In this document: piece by piece, positions 19,260 to 29,229 of the stretch
How the letters are laid out: every line of letters starts with the position of its first letter
How positions within the stretch are numbered: the stretch's first letter is position 1
DNA from: an uncultured Oscillospiraceae bacterium
GTDB taxonomy: Bacteria > Bacillota > Clostridia > Oscillospirales > QAMX01
DNA length: 64,000 nucleotides
Direction of reading: 5' to 3'
Assembly: GCA_964515055.1 (NCBI GenBank)
Contig: CAZEUG010000001.1
Coordinates: forward strand, 21,921-85,920
Translations under genes and position numbers: made by a program
The notes under the pieces: generated by a model
Database searches by the model: none
What the model saw: only the letters and a program-made list of their open reading frames with translations
What the model was told of the DNA's origin: nothing

Positions 19260-21581
19260 ATGAAAGCATGCATTCTCGCGGGCGGGGAAGGGCGGCGCCT
19301 TCGACCGCTGACCACTCATCTGCCGAAACCAATGGTTCCGCTGCTTGGAAAGCCGCTGCTGCATCGAATCATCACGCAGCTTCGATCACATTGCATCCGG
19401 GAGATGGCGCTGACGCTCATGTATCTGCCGGATGTCATCCGCGACACATTGGGGGACGGTACGGAGTGGGATGCAACATTTTTCTACTCCGTGGAGCAGC
19501 AGCCCATGGGTACAGCCGGCGGCGTTCGCGCCTGTCTGGATTTTCTGAAGGGCGAGGATTGCCTGATCATCAGCGGCGATGCCGTCTGCGATTTTGACTT
19601 TTCCGAAGCGCTCCGCTTCCATCGGGAAAAACAGGCGGACGCGACCATCCTCCTGAACCGCCAGGACAACCCGACGGAGTACGGCCTCGTGCAGACCGAC
19701 CCGGAGGGGCGCATTCAGCGGTTTCTGGAAAAACCGGCCTGGTCAGAGGTGTTCACTAACGTCGTCAATACCGGCATCTATCTGCTCTCGCCGTCCGTCC
19801 TGGAGGAGATTCCGCCGAATCAGCCGTTTGATTTCTCGAAAGATCTGTTTCCGATGCTCCTGAAAAACGGCAGACGATTGTACGGCTACGAACCGGATGG
19901 CTACTGGTGCGATATCGGTGATACAGCCGCCTACCTTCAATGTACGATGGACGCGCTGAACGGCCGATTCCGCCTGCAACGCGAAGCCACACAACCGGGC
20001 TTCCCGCCGACGGTCTGGGTACACCCGGAAGCCGTCGTTCAGCCCGGCGCACAGCTCAGTGCCAACGTCTGGGTCGGTGCTGGCGCATATGTCGGCGAGA
20101 GCAGCGTGGTCGCCAACTCGATCGTGGAGGGAACGCTGAGCGCCAACTGCGAAGCCGAGGGCGCGATTGTCTGCGCGGGCAGTTGTGTCGATCACGGCAG
20201 TGTGCTGTGCCGCGGCTCTGTCATCGGCAGCGGTTCGAAGCTGGGCGATCACTGCTACGTCGGCAGCGGCGTTCGAATCGATTCCGAACTCCGAATTCCG
20301 CCGTCAGCGGTTGTGCGAACGACACAGAAGGCCGATGGCGCACAGCCGGTGCGCTTTGAGGACGATGCAGTGACCGGCGCATTCGGAACGGGTCTGTCGC
20401 CGGAGGTGGCGTCCGCCATCGGCTCGGCCTGCGCAGAGCTGCCCCGTGTCCGGACAGCAGCACTCGGTTGCTGCGGCGGAGCCGATGCGCAGAGTCTGCT
20501 TCAATCGATTGCGGGCGGCATGACAGCAGCGGGACTGCACGTGTTCGTCCACGATGTCCAGTTCGCCGCCGGAGCCGCCGCCATGCCGGAATTGCTTGGC
20601 GTGCCGCTCTCCGTCTTCGTGGACAGCGATGAGGAACTGTCGATTCGCCTCTATGACGCGACCGGCCGCCCCATTCCACTCGCCTGGCAGCGCAAGCTGG
20701 AGGGGAGCGTGGCTCGCGGGGAGTATCGGCGCGTCCCATCCATCTCCGCCGGACGCATCCGAACCGTGTCGGGCGGAACGGTGCTGTTTGCGGCATCCGT
20801 TGCACAGCCAATCGAGGGGCGGCTGACACAGGTCGCCGTCCATGGTCATCACCCGGCAGCAGCATCGCTGACAGCTGCCCTGCAAATTTCAGGCATTCAA
20901 CCGCCGACGCAGCCCGCACTCTCCCATCAGGGTCTGACGTATTCTGTCTCAAGGGACGGCTTCCACCTTGCGGTGTCGGACGGCGACTGCCGCCTGAATT
21001 GCCGGGAAACGGAGGCACTGGTACTGCTCACTGCAATGCTCAATCAGCCGGGCATCACACTCATACTGCCGCCGCTTGCACCGGAGGCGTATGAACGCAT
21101 GGCCGAAGCAAACGGCGCCACCGTCATCCGACTGGAAAGCGGTGACGAACGCGCACAGGCTCTGTATGCTTCACAGCGTATGACGCACAATGCCATAGCC
21201 GGCGCCGTTGCGCTGACTGCATTCCTGAACACGTCCGGCCGGTCTCTGCGCGCGCTGAAACCGCTTCTCCCGACTTTTGGTACCCATACCATGGAACTGG
21301 ATTGTGCGTGCGAAAAAAGCAGCCTGATGCGAATGCTGGCGGAAACGATGCAGCCGGAACCATCGAAGGGGCTGCTCTTCCGCCACACAAACGGAACGGT
21401 GCGCGTCACGCCCAGTGCCACACGCTCATCCCTGAAGATTCTCGTGGAGAGCTTTTCCGAAGAGGCGGCAAAGGAACTGGCTATGGATTTCGCCGTACAA
21501 ACGGAAAACCTCCGCAATCGCCGAACAGAAAAAGGGGAAAACAGGGCAGACACTTTACAAATCCGGAAAAATATGGTATAA
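19260..21581 (+). CDS. Fusion protein: sugar-1-phosphate nucleotidyltransferase + left-handed beta-helix + phosphohexomutase-like C-terminal half
   Basis: N-terminus MKACILAGGEGRRLRPLTTHLPKPMVPLLGKPLL (NTP-transferase G-loop). A hexapeptide-repeat region (VGAGAYVGESSVV...). The C-terminal part resembles PGM/PMM domains (SDGDCR, FRHTNGTVRVTPS). The ATG at 19260 is preferred over 19188. Confidence 0.75.
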   Translation: MKACILAGGEGRRLRPLTTHLPKPMVPLLGKPLLHRIITQLRSHCIREMALTLMYLPDVIRDTLGDGTEWDATFFYSVEQQPMGTAGGVRACLDFLKGEDCLIISGDAVCDFDFSEALRFHREKQADATILLNRQDNPTEYGLVQTDPEGRIQRFLEKPAWSEVFTNVVNTGIYLLSPSVLEEIPPNQPFDFSKDLFPMLLKNGRRLYGYEPDGYWCDIGDTAAYLQCTMDALNGRFRLQREATQPGFPPTVWVHPEAVVQPGAQLSANVWVGAGAYVGESSVVANSIVEGTLSANCEAEGAIVCAGSCVDHGSVLCRGSVIGSGSKLGDHCYVGSGVRIDSELRIPPSAVVRTTQKADGAQPVRFEDDAVTGAFGTGLSPEVASAIGSACAELPRVRTAALGCCGGADAQSLLQSIAGGMTAAGLHVFVHDVQFAAGAAAMPELLGVPLSVFVDSDEELSIRLYDATGRPIPLAWQRKLEGSVARGEYRRVPSISAGRIRTVSGGTVLFAASVAQPIEGRLTQVAVHGHHPAAASLTAALQISGIQPPTQPALSHQGLTYSVSRDGFHLAVSDGDCRLNCRETEALVLLTAMLNQPGITLILPPLAPEAYERMAEANGATVIRLESGDERAQALYASQRMTHNAIAGAVALTAFLNTSGRSLRALKPLLPTFGTHTMELDCACEKSSLMRMLAETMQPEPSKGLLFRHTNGTVRVTPSATRSSLKILVESFSEEAAKELAMDFAVQTENLRNRRTEKGENRADTLQIRKNMV

Positions 21582-21582
21582 T
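21554..21582 (+). promoter_or_regulatory. SigA-type promoter for rnj, overlapping the stop codon of the upstream gene
   Basis: TTTACA, a 17-nt spacer, then TATAAT with a TGg extended -10. Confidence 0.55.
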
Positions 21583-21598
21583 AGAAAGGATCATTACG

Positions 21599-21640
21599 CT
21601 GTACTGTGAAGTGCGGTGCAGGTCGCACTTCACAGTACAG
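21599..21640 (+). promoter_or_regulatory. Perfect 17-bp stem-loop at the predicted 5' end of the rnj leader (or a U-tract-less terminator of the upstream gene)
   Basis: CTGTACTGTGAAGTGCG-GTGCAGGT-CGCACTTCACAGTACAG. No T-run follows. Confidence 0.6.
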
Positions 21641-21830
21641 GTATTCTGCAGCAAAATTCCGTCCTACATAAGCCCGGTGAACGGCGTGCGAGGTTGGTGT
21701 CGCCGTCGGCCGTCGGGCTGTACGAACGCCTCTTTCCGATGAAACGGGGATTTCCCCTTTGTTTTGCTGCGCCCTTTTCATCCAACGATACGGGTTTGTT
21801 GCCCGACAAAACTGAAATACAGGAGATTTT

Positions 21831-23588
21831 ATGGCACATAAACTGAAAATTATTCCGCTTGGCGGTCTGAACGAGATCGGCAAAAACATGACCGTTTACG
21901 AATACAACGGCGACATCATCATTGTGGACGCAGGTCTGGCCTTCCCGGATGAAGAAATGTACGGCGTCGATCTGGTCATTCCGGACTTCACCTACCTGAT
22001 CGAACACAAAAAGAAGGTCAAAGCGATCTTCCTGACCCACGGCCACGAAGACCACATCGGTTCGATTCCGTACCTGATGCGTGTGATCGATGCACCGATC
22101 TATTGCACCCAGCTGACGGCGGGGCTGGTCGAGCTGAAGCTGGCCGAACATAAGCTGCTCAGCAAAACCGACATTCGCCGGGTGCGTCCGGGCGATGTGG
22201 TTTCTGCCGGTGTCTTTTCGGTGGAGTTCATTCAGGTAAACCACTCCATCATGGACAGCTGCGCGTTCGCCATCACGACACCGGTCGGCGTCGTGGTTCA
22301 AACGGGCGATTTCAAAATCGATACAACACCGGTTGACGGCAAAATGATCGACCTGGCTCGGCTGGGCGAACTCGGCAGAAATGGTGTCCTGCTGCTGCTG
22401 TCCGACTCCACCAACGTTGAACGCCCCGGCCTCGCCATGTCGGAGCGGATGGTCGGAGAATCCTTCCGCTCCATCTTCAAGGACTGCTCCAAACGCATCA
22501 TCGTCGCCTCGTTCGCTTCGAATATCCACAGAATCCAGCAGATCATCGATGCGGCGGTTGAAAATGGCCGAAAGGTTGCCGTTTCCGGCCGCAGCATGGA
22601 GAATATTCTGAACCTTGGCCTGGAGCTCGGCTATATCCGTGTCCAGGAAGATTGCCTGATTGACATTTCCGCCATCGATAAATATCCGAAAAAGAAGGTC
22701 TGTATCATTACAACCGGCAGCCAGGGCGAACCCATGTCGGCGCTGTCGCGGATGGCCTTCGATAATCATAAGCAGGTGGAGATCACAAACGGCGACCTCG
22801 TTATTTTGTCAGCGACCCCCATTCCGGGCAATGAAAAAACGGTCTATCGCCTCGTCAACGAGCTGTTCCGCAAGGGCGCAGAGGTCATTTATGAACGCCT
22901 GGCTGAGGTTCACGTCTCTGGCCACGCCTGCCGCGAAGAGCTGAAAATGATGCTGGCGCTGACCAAGCCGAAGTACTTCATGCCGGTTCATGGGGAGTAT
23001 CGCCACCTCGCCAGCCACGCCAATCTGGCGCAAACCTGCGGCATCCCCAAAAATAACGTCTTCATTTCCGAAATCGGCCGGATTCTGGAAGTCAATAAGG
23101 ACGGCGTGGCCAAGCTGGGCGGAACAGTCGCATCCGGCCGCGTCCTGGTGGATGGCCTTGGCATCGGCGACGTCGGCAGCGTCGTGCTGCGTGACCGGAA
23201 ACACCTCTCACAGGATGGCCTGATTGTCGTCGCATTCTCTCTCAATGCATCGGACGCCTCCATTCTCGCCGGCCCGGAAATTCTCACGCGTGGCTTTATC
23301 TATGCCCGCGAAGCGGAATCACTGATGTCGCAGCTCCGGGAATGCGCCGTGCGAACCGTTGAAAACTGCCGCAACAACCAGGTGACCGACTGGCTCATCA
23401 TCAAAAATGAGCTGCGCTCGGCGCTCTCCTCCTTCCTGTTCAAACAGATCAAACGCTCACCGATGATTCTTCCGGTGCTGCTCGGTGTGCCGGGCGAGTC
23501 GGATGAAATCTCCCGTTGGGAACAGGAAACGGAAGAATGGCCGCAGGAACCGCCTGCTAAGAAATCAACCCGCAAAAAATCGAACTGA
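21831..23588 (+). CDS. rnj: Ribonuclease J
   Basis: KIIPLGGLNEIGKNMTVYEY...LTHGHEDHIGSIPYL metallo-beta-lactamase/beta-CASP signature. 585 aa. Confidence 0.93.
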   Translation: MAHKLKIIPLGGLNEIGKNMTVYEYNGDIIIVDAGLAFPDEEMYGVDLVIPDFTYLIEHKKKVKAIFLTHGHEDHIGSIPYLMRVIDAPIYCTQLTAGLVELKLAEHKLLSKTDIRRVRPGDVVSAGVFSVEFIQVNHSIMDSCAFAITTPVGVVVQTGDFKIDTTPVDGKMIDLARLGELGRNGVLLLLSDSTNVERPGLAMSERMVGESFRSIFKDCSKRIIVASFASNIHRIQQIIDAAVENGRKVAVSGRSMENILNLGLELGYIRVQEDCLIDISAIDKYPKKKVCIITTGSQGEPMSALSRMAFDNHKQVEITNGDLVILSATPIPGNEKTVYRLVNELFRKGAEVIYERLAEVHVSGHACREELKMMLALTKPKYFMPVHGEYRHLASHANLAQTCGIPKNNVFISEIGRILEVNKDGVAKLGGTVASGRVLVDGLGIGDVGSVVLRDRKHLSQDGLIVVAFSLNASDASILAGPEILTRGFIYAREAESLMSQLRECAVRTVENCRNNQVTDWLIIKNELRSALSSFLFKQIKRSPMILPVLLGVPGESDEISRWEQETEEWPQEPPAKKSTRKKSN

Positions 23589-23596
23589 GCCCAATC

Positions 23597-23643
23597 AAAA
23601 AGTGCCCTGAACAGATAAATGCATCTGTTCAGGGCACTTTTTC
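23597..23643. terminator. Bidirectional rho-independent terminator between convergent rnj and the PPIase gene
   Basis: A 16-bp stem AGTGCCCTGAACAGAT/ATCTGTTCAGGGCACT flanked by an A-run and a T-run. Confidence 0.9.
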
Positions 23644-23655
23644 GCGGAATCGGAT

Positions 23656-24696
23656 TTATCGGACAACGATCGAATCGTAGTTCTTGTCGTTGATCTTGAT
23701 TTTGGCGGCTTCCGAGTTGTCACTCAGATACTTCTGGAATTTCCGTTGAATGACGGATTCATAGTAGGTCGAATAGGAATCGTCGGAGAGCTCATCGCGA
23801 ATGATGATGTGATAGCCGTATATGGATTTGACCAGATCGGAAATCTCGCCAACCTGCAGCGCAAATGCGGCCTCCTCGTATTCGGTGACCATTTCGCCAG
23901 TCGTGAAGGTGAGCGTGCCCTCTGTCGGGTTGTCCACATTCGCATCGGCGCGAACCGCTTCAAAATCCTCGCCGTTTTTCAGACGCGCCAGAGCGGCCTT
24001 CGCACGTTCATGGCTGGCCTCGATTTCGGCGTCACTCAGCGACACACCGGTAGATGAGTTGATGGTCAGGAAGAGCAGCTGACGAGTGGAAACGTAGGCT
24101 TCAGCGTAGTCCTCCTCGGCCTGCTTCTTTTCATCACTGGTCAGAGCGAATTTCTGGCCGTCCGCAAAGAGCTTCAAGAGCTTGGACATATAGAGCGAAT
24201 TTTCCAGATAACGCGTGTATGCACTGTCTGTTGTGCCGGTTTTCTTCAAAAACGTGTTGAAGGCGTTGGCACCGCCCAGCGTGGAAATAAACGCGTCACG
24301 GCTCGATTCGATGGTCTGCTTGTCAGTGGCGGTCAGCTTCAGCTTGTTTTCCTGAGCCAGCTGACGGCAGAGCTGCGCACTCAGCGCCGTGTTGGTTGCA
24401 GTCAGGAGCAGGTAATCTGCCATGGTGACATCGTCACCCAGATCCTGCGCAAGGAGGGACGCGTCCAGCTCATACAGGCCGTCAATGGTCATGGTTCCGT
24501 TGGAAATCTGGGTGCTGAACAGGGAATATTTCTGGAAAAACAGGTGAATCATGACGTCATCATATTGCACATCATCACCGTTGACGGTGAAAATGGTGGC
24601 CTTCCGCGGACTGCATCCGACGAAAAATGAAACGCAAAGCGCAAGCATGAGCAGCAGGGAGATGGCGCGGAAAGTGTTTTTTTTCATAAACGACAA
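23656..24696 (-). CDS. PrsA/SurA-like peptidyl-prolyl isomerase lipoprotein
   Basis: Lipobox LALCVSFFVGC. C-terminal parvulin motif (FTTGEMVTEYEEAAFAL...SIYGYHII). Confidence 0.8.
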   Translation of the reverse strand: MSFMKKNTFRAISLLLMLALCVSFFVGCSPRKATIFTVNGDDVQYDDVMIHLFFQKYSLFSTQISNGTMTIDGLYELDASLLAQDLGDDVTMADYLLLTATNTALSAQLCRQLAQENKLKLTATDKQTIESSRDAFISTLGGANAFNTFLKKTGTTDSAYTRYLENSLYMSKLLKLFADGQKFALTSDEKKQAEEDYAEAYVSTRQLLFLTINSSTGVSLSDAEIEASHERAKAALARLKNGEDFEAVRADANVDNPTEGTLTFTTGEMVTEYEEAAFALQVGEISDLVKSIYGYHIIIRDELSDDSYSTYYESVIQRKFQKYLSDNSEAAKIKINDKNYDSIVVR

Positions 24697-24805
24697 ATCC
24701 TTTCTTTGCAGAGCATATCGCTCTCCTTATGGTATCACGAATGGCCGAAAATGTAAAGAGCCTGAGACGATTTTTCTGTAAAAACTTTGGAAATTACGCG
24801 GGATA

Positions 24806-27800
24806 TCAGGATTTCAGCAGCGTTTCAATCAGCTCTTCGGCCAGTGCAACCCGGTCATCCTTCCGGCGAAGCCGGATGGCAATGTGCGGGCGCTCACCGG
24901 CATTCAGCAGGACGCGGCCTTTCAACACGGGGTGATCAAACAGCGGCTTGATCTGTTCGAAGGCGAAGTCCGTCCAGTAGAACCGGAGCGTATCCTCCTT
25001 GTCGGTGATTTCACAAATGCCCTTTTCCGAGGCGGCAAACCGCAGCTGAGCAATCCGAATCAGCGTCTCCGTGGCGTCCGGCACATCGCCGAACCGGTCA
25101 CAGAGCTCGTCACGCATATCGTCGGCGTCCTCAGCCGTCTGAATCCGTGCAATGCGACGATAGAGATCCATCCGCTCAAATGAGGACGTCACATAGCTGT
25201 CCGAAATGCCGGCAGGCACCGCCAGCTCAACGACGCATTCGCGCCGGGGCTGCGGCTTTTCGCCCTTTTCCTCCAGAACGGCTTCCTCCAGCAGGCGGAG
25301 ATACATATCGTAGCCGACGGAAATCATATGCCCGCTCTGCTCCGCACCGAGCAGGTTGCCCGCGCCACGAATTTCAAGATCCCGCATGGCAATCTTGAAC
25401 CCGGCACCGAATTCGGCGAAGTCGCGGATGGCGGCCAGACGCTTCTGGCTGATCTCTGTCAAAACGCGTCCGGCCGGGAAGGTCAGGTATGCATACGCGT
25501 GCCGGGAGGAACGGCCGACACGCCCGCGAATCTGGTGCAGCTGCGCCAGCCCGAACCGGTCGGCATTCTCAATGATCAGCGTGTTGACGTTGGGAATATC
25601 GATACCGGCCTCAATGATCGTCGTGCAGACAAGAATATCGGCTTCACCGTCTGTGAATGCCTGCATGACATCGCCGAGCTGCTTTTCACTCATCTTGCCG
25701 TGACCGACAATGACGGTGCGCTCCGGGAACATGGCCTGCAGCCGTGCCGCCGTCTTGTCAATGGTATCGACGCGGTTGTGCAGATAGTAGACCTGCCCGC
25801 CGCGGGACAGCTCCCGCGCAATCGCGTCGCGGATGACAGCATCGTTGTACTCCATCACATAGGTGGTGACCGGATAGCGGTCGTGCGGGGATTCCTCCAG
25901 CACGGACATATCCCGTACACCGGACAGCGCCATGTTGAGCGTGCGGGGAATCGGGGTAGCCGACAGCGTCAACACGTCCACGTTGCCGGTCATCTCCTTC
26001 AGGCGTTCCTTATGTGCAACGCCAAACCGCTGCTCTTCATCGACAATGATCAGTCCGAGGTCGTGGAAAACGACGGAGGCATTCAGAAGCCGGTGCGTTC
26101 CGACCACCATGTCAATCTGGCCGTTCCGCAGACCGCGCAGCGTCTTGGAGACGTCGGAGGGCGTGGAAAAACGGCTGAGCGTGGCAATCGTGACCGGATA
26201 ACCGCGAAACCGGTGCAGCGCCGTCAGATAATGCTGCCGCGCCAGCACCGTCGTCGGAACGAGCAGAGCGACCTGCTTGCTGTCGAGAATGCACTTCATG
26301 GCTGCCCGGAAGGCGACCTCCGTCTTGCCGAAGCCGACATCGCCGCACAGCAGCCGATCCATCGGGATGGAACGCTCCATGTCCTGCTTGATCTCCGCAA
26401 TGGAAACGAGCTGATCGTTCGTCTCCTCATATTCAAAGCTGTCTTCAAATTCACGCTGCCAGGCGCAGTCCTTGGCAAAGGCATGACCCGGCAGTCGGGC
26501 GCGTCGGGCGTAGAGCGCCAGCAGCTGCTTGGCGAGATCCTTCGCCGCACTTTTTGCGCGCTGCCGTGTGCGCGCCCAATCCGTCCCGCCGAGCTTGGAA
26601 AGCCGGACAGTCGAATCCTCAGCGGCACCGAGGTATTTGGAAATAACGTCCAGCTGCGTCACGGGGATATACAGCACATCGCTCCCGGCGTAGGCGAGCT
26701 TGATGAAATCGCGCTTGATGCCGTCCGCTTCCAGCTCCGTAATTCCGCAGAAGCGCCCAATCCCGTAGCTGTCGTGGACAATCAGATCGCCTTCCCGCAG
26801 ATCGGTGAAGGATTTCAAACGCTCCCGGCTGCCCTTGACTTCAGGAGCCACGCGGCGGGTGCGCTTCTTTTCCGACACCGTCGGCCGCGTATCGTTCAGC
26901 ACGGCGATGCCGGCGGAAGACAGCTCAATTCCGGCAGACAGGCTGCCCATGCCGATGGTTACGCTGCCGGGTGTCAGCGACTGGGAAACGTGCAGATCAA
27001 TCGACGCCGCAATCTGCTTTTCCAGCAGCAATGCGACCAGATAGTCGGCGCGTTCCCGGTTGGCCGTCAGAATCAGCACCGCAAAATTCTGTCGACGGTA
27101 AAACTCAATGTCCTGAAACAGCGCGTCAAAGCTCGTGGAGAGCGCGGGCAGCTGCTTGGAAACCAGCGTGATGATTTCACGGGGCGGCAGCTCACTGTGC
27201 TGCGAGGGGAACTGATCGAGCATCACAACGGAGTGCGCCGATAAAAATGCGAACAGATCAGCGGCGTCCAGATAATAGTCCTTTTGCCGCCCACAGATCA
27301 TGCCGGATTCCATCAGATGACGGAGATCCTGGACGGTTCGGCGGGCGAGCGAGCGCACCTCATCACAGACGCGCTGTGCGTCATCGAGAAAAAAGACGGT
27401 TCCCGGTGGACAGAAATCCAGCGCCGTGCAGGCGGCTTCCTGATACACCGGGAGATAGCGGTCGAGCGCGGCGAAACGCAGCCCGTCGCGAATGCGGCTG
27501 CTGTCGGCTTCCATGCGCTCAACGAGCTCGGCAGCGAGCTTCTGGCGGTTGATGCCCCGGAGCAGACCGGCCACGCGGGAGGCGAAGGCTTCGCGCCCAC
27601 CCTCCGCCAGATCGGGCGGGAGCTCCAGCGCCGGCGGAATGCGAATCTGGCGGAGATTTTCGGTGCGGCGCTGCGAGGTAATGTCAAATGCGCCCATGGA
27701 ATCGATTTCATCGCCGAAAAATTCCAGACGAACCGGACGGCGCATCCCGGGTGGGAACAGATCGAAAATACCGCCGCGGAATGCAAACTGGCCGACACCT

Positions 27801-28303
27801 TCTACGGTTTCCGAACGGGAATAGCCGAGATGCAGCAGCCGCTCTGCGAGCACGGTGACGTCCATCTCCATACCGACACTCAGCTCCAGCACGGCATCTG
27901 CAAAGGCTTTCGGCGAAATCGTCCGCAGAGAAAAGGCCTCTGCGGAACCACAGACAGCCATACAGGAACCGGATTGTAACGCATCGAGAACGCTGACGCG
28001 GCGCATTTCCCATTCCCGGCTGGAGCCTTCTACATCGTGGAAGATCAGCTCGCGGGACGGCAGCACAGCGTATTCTGAACCGCTGAAGGCGGCGGCATCG
28101 GCGGCAAAGGACGAAGCGGAGGCTTCATCGGCCGTAATAACGGCCACCGGGCGAAACAGCTCCGTCTGAATCGCCGCTGCAACCAGCGCACGGTGCAGCG
28201 GCGACAGACCGCAGATCAGAACCGGAGAATTGGGCTCCTTCAGTCGGCGTTCCAATGCCTTCAGCTCATCCGGGGTAAAAACGGATTGACAGAGAGACAG
28301 CAT
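24806..28303 (-). CDS. mfd: Transcription-repair coupling factor Mfd
   Basis: 1165 aa. RNAP-interacting domain (GDLIVHDSYGIGRF). Superfamily-2 helicase motifs (LLCGDVGFGKTEVA, DEEQRFG). TRCF C-terminal domain. Confidence 0.95.
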   Translation of the reverse strand: MLSLCQSVFTPDELKALERRLKEPNSPVLICGLSPLHRALVAAAIQTELFRPVAVITADEASASSFAADAAAFSGSEYAVLPSRELIFHDVEGSSREWEMRRVSVLDALQSGSCMAVCGSAEAFSLRTISPKAFADAVLELSVGMEMDVTVLAERLLHLGYSRSETVEGVGQFAFRGGIFDLFPPGMRRPVRLEFFGDEIDSMGAFDITSQRRTENLRQIRIPPALELPPDLAEGGREAFASRVAGLLRGINRQKLAAELVERMEADSSRIRDGLRFAALDRYLPVYQEAACTALDFCPPGTVFFLDDAQRVCDEVRSLARRTVQDLRHLMESGMICGRQKDYYLDAADLFAFLSAHSVVMLDQFPSQHSELPPREIITLVSKQLPALSTSFDALFQDIEFYRRQNFAVLILTANRERADYLVALLLEKQIAASIDLHVSQSLTPGSVTIGMGSLSAGIELSSAGIAVLNDTRPTVSEKKRTRRVAPEVKGSRERLKSFTDLREGDLIVHDSYGIGRFCGITELEADGIKRDFIKLAYAGSDVLYIPVTQLDVISKYLGAAEDSTVRLSKLGGTDWARTRQRAKSAAKDLAKQLLALYARRARLPGHAFAKDCAWQREFEDSFEYEETNDQLVSIAEIKQDMERSIPMDRLLCGDVGFGKTEVAFRAAMKCILDSKQVALLVPTTVLARQHYLTALHRFRGYPVTIATLSRFSTPSDVSKTLRGLRNGQIDMVVGTHRLLNASVVFHDLGLIIVDEEQRFGVAHKERLKEMTGNVDVLTLSATPIPRTLNMALSGVRDMSVLEESPHDRYPVTTYVMEYNDAVIRDAIARELSRGGQVYYLHNRVDTIDKTAARLQAMFPERTVIVGHGKMSEKQLGDVMQAFTDGEADILVCTTIIEAGIDIPNVNTLIIENADRFGLAQLHQIRGRVGRSSRHAYAYLTFPAGRVLTEISQKRLAAIRDFAEFGAGFKIAMRDLEIRGAGNLLGAEQSGHMISVGYDMYLRLLEEAVLEEKGEKPQPRRECVVELAVPAGISDSYVTSSFERMDLYRRIARIQTAEDADDMRDELCDRFGDVPDATETLIRIAQLRFAASEKGICEITDKEDTLRFYWTDFAFEQIKPLFDHPVLKGRVLLNAGERPHIAIRLRRKDDRVALAEELIETLLKS

Positions 28304-28348
28304 GAGAAACTCCTTGCATCAATGTAGTTCAAGGCAGGCAGAACCGGA

Positions 28349-29209
28349 CTATGCGTCCGTCTCAGTCAGTGCGGCCATCGGGTCGCGACGATGGGGCGCA
28401 AAAAAGAGCGGGACGACAGCCAGCGTGTACAGAAAACCGTAGAGGAAAATCAGAACGTCCAGCAGCTCGGAGCCGGCAACCGTGGTGCCGTTGAGCAGAA
28501 GGCGCAGCACATGACCGCCTCGTCCCACCAGAGAGAGCGTGCAGAAAAACAGGTTTGCGGCGGCCGACAGATACACACGCGTCGCACTTTTGCGTCCGTA
28601 GAGATAGCCGGAACAGGCGAACAGCATCAAAATCATCGTGATCAATGCGGCAATGTCGTAAAAATAGGCGCTGACGGATGGATTGGCCGATACCGTCCGA
28701 TAAACCTCGATCAGACGGAAGCACGCCCAGAACACAGGAACAAGCGACGCGGAGGCAGTGGGAGAGCCGCCGTCTACCGGCATGGAGAGCCGACGGACGA
28801 CCGGGACGGTCAAAGCTGCCGTCGCGAAAAAAAGCAGGCTGCTGAGCATCCCCCAAACTGAAACACTGCGGATGGCCGATGCGAAGGAAACGATGGTGCC
28901 GCAGGTCGCAGCAATGGCAGCAAAAATGGCGAAGAGGATGGTCGGAATGCCGACGATGCCGATGGATACGGGATTCTGAGGGAAAAGCCGGTCGGTTGCA
29001 GCCAGCAGAATGACTGCACCCAGTGCAACCAGCATGAAAACACATAAAATCAGGAGAATGAGCCCGCTGCGGTTGCCGGAAATTGCCAGACCGAGCGTGT
29101 CAAAGCCATCGCGCAGGTGCCTCAGGCGAATGACGCCGCCAAACAGCCCGGCCAGGAGCATCAGCATGAGCAGCGCAACTTTTTCAAAAGAAGTCGATTT
29201 TTGACGCAT
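28349..29209 (-). CDS. Polytopic membrane protein, unknown function
   Basis: About 8 hydrophobic segments. Sits between the carboxypeptidase gene and mfd on the same strand. No recognisable motif. Confidence 0.55.
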   Translation of the reverse strand: MRQKSTSFEKVALLMLMLLAGLFGGVIRLRHLRDGFDTLGLAISGNRSGLILLILCVFMLVALGAVILLAATDRLFPQNPVSIGIVGIPTILFAIFAAIAATCGTIVSFASAIRSVSVWGMLSSLLFFATAALTVPVVRRLSMPVDGGSPTASASLVPVFWACFRLIEVYRTVSANPSVSAYFYDIAALITMILMLFACSGYLYGRKSATRVYLSAAANLFFCTLSLVGRGGHVLRLLLNGTTVAGSELLDVLIFLYGFLYTLAVVPLFFAPHRRDPMAALTETDA

Positions 29210-29229
29210 GATGAATTTCCACCTTTCTT

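Noticed and set aside
25328-27244. 638-aa plus-strand ORF inside mfd, and a 646-aa minus-strand ORF (50819-52759) inside dnaE.
   Set aside because: Same reasoning as above. They are antisense to unmistakable Mfd and DnaE coding sequence and have no independent signals.
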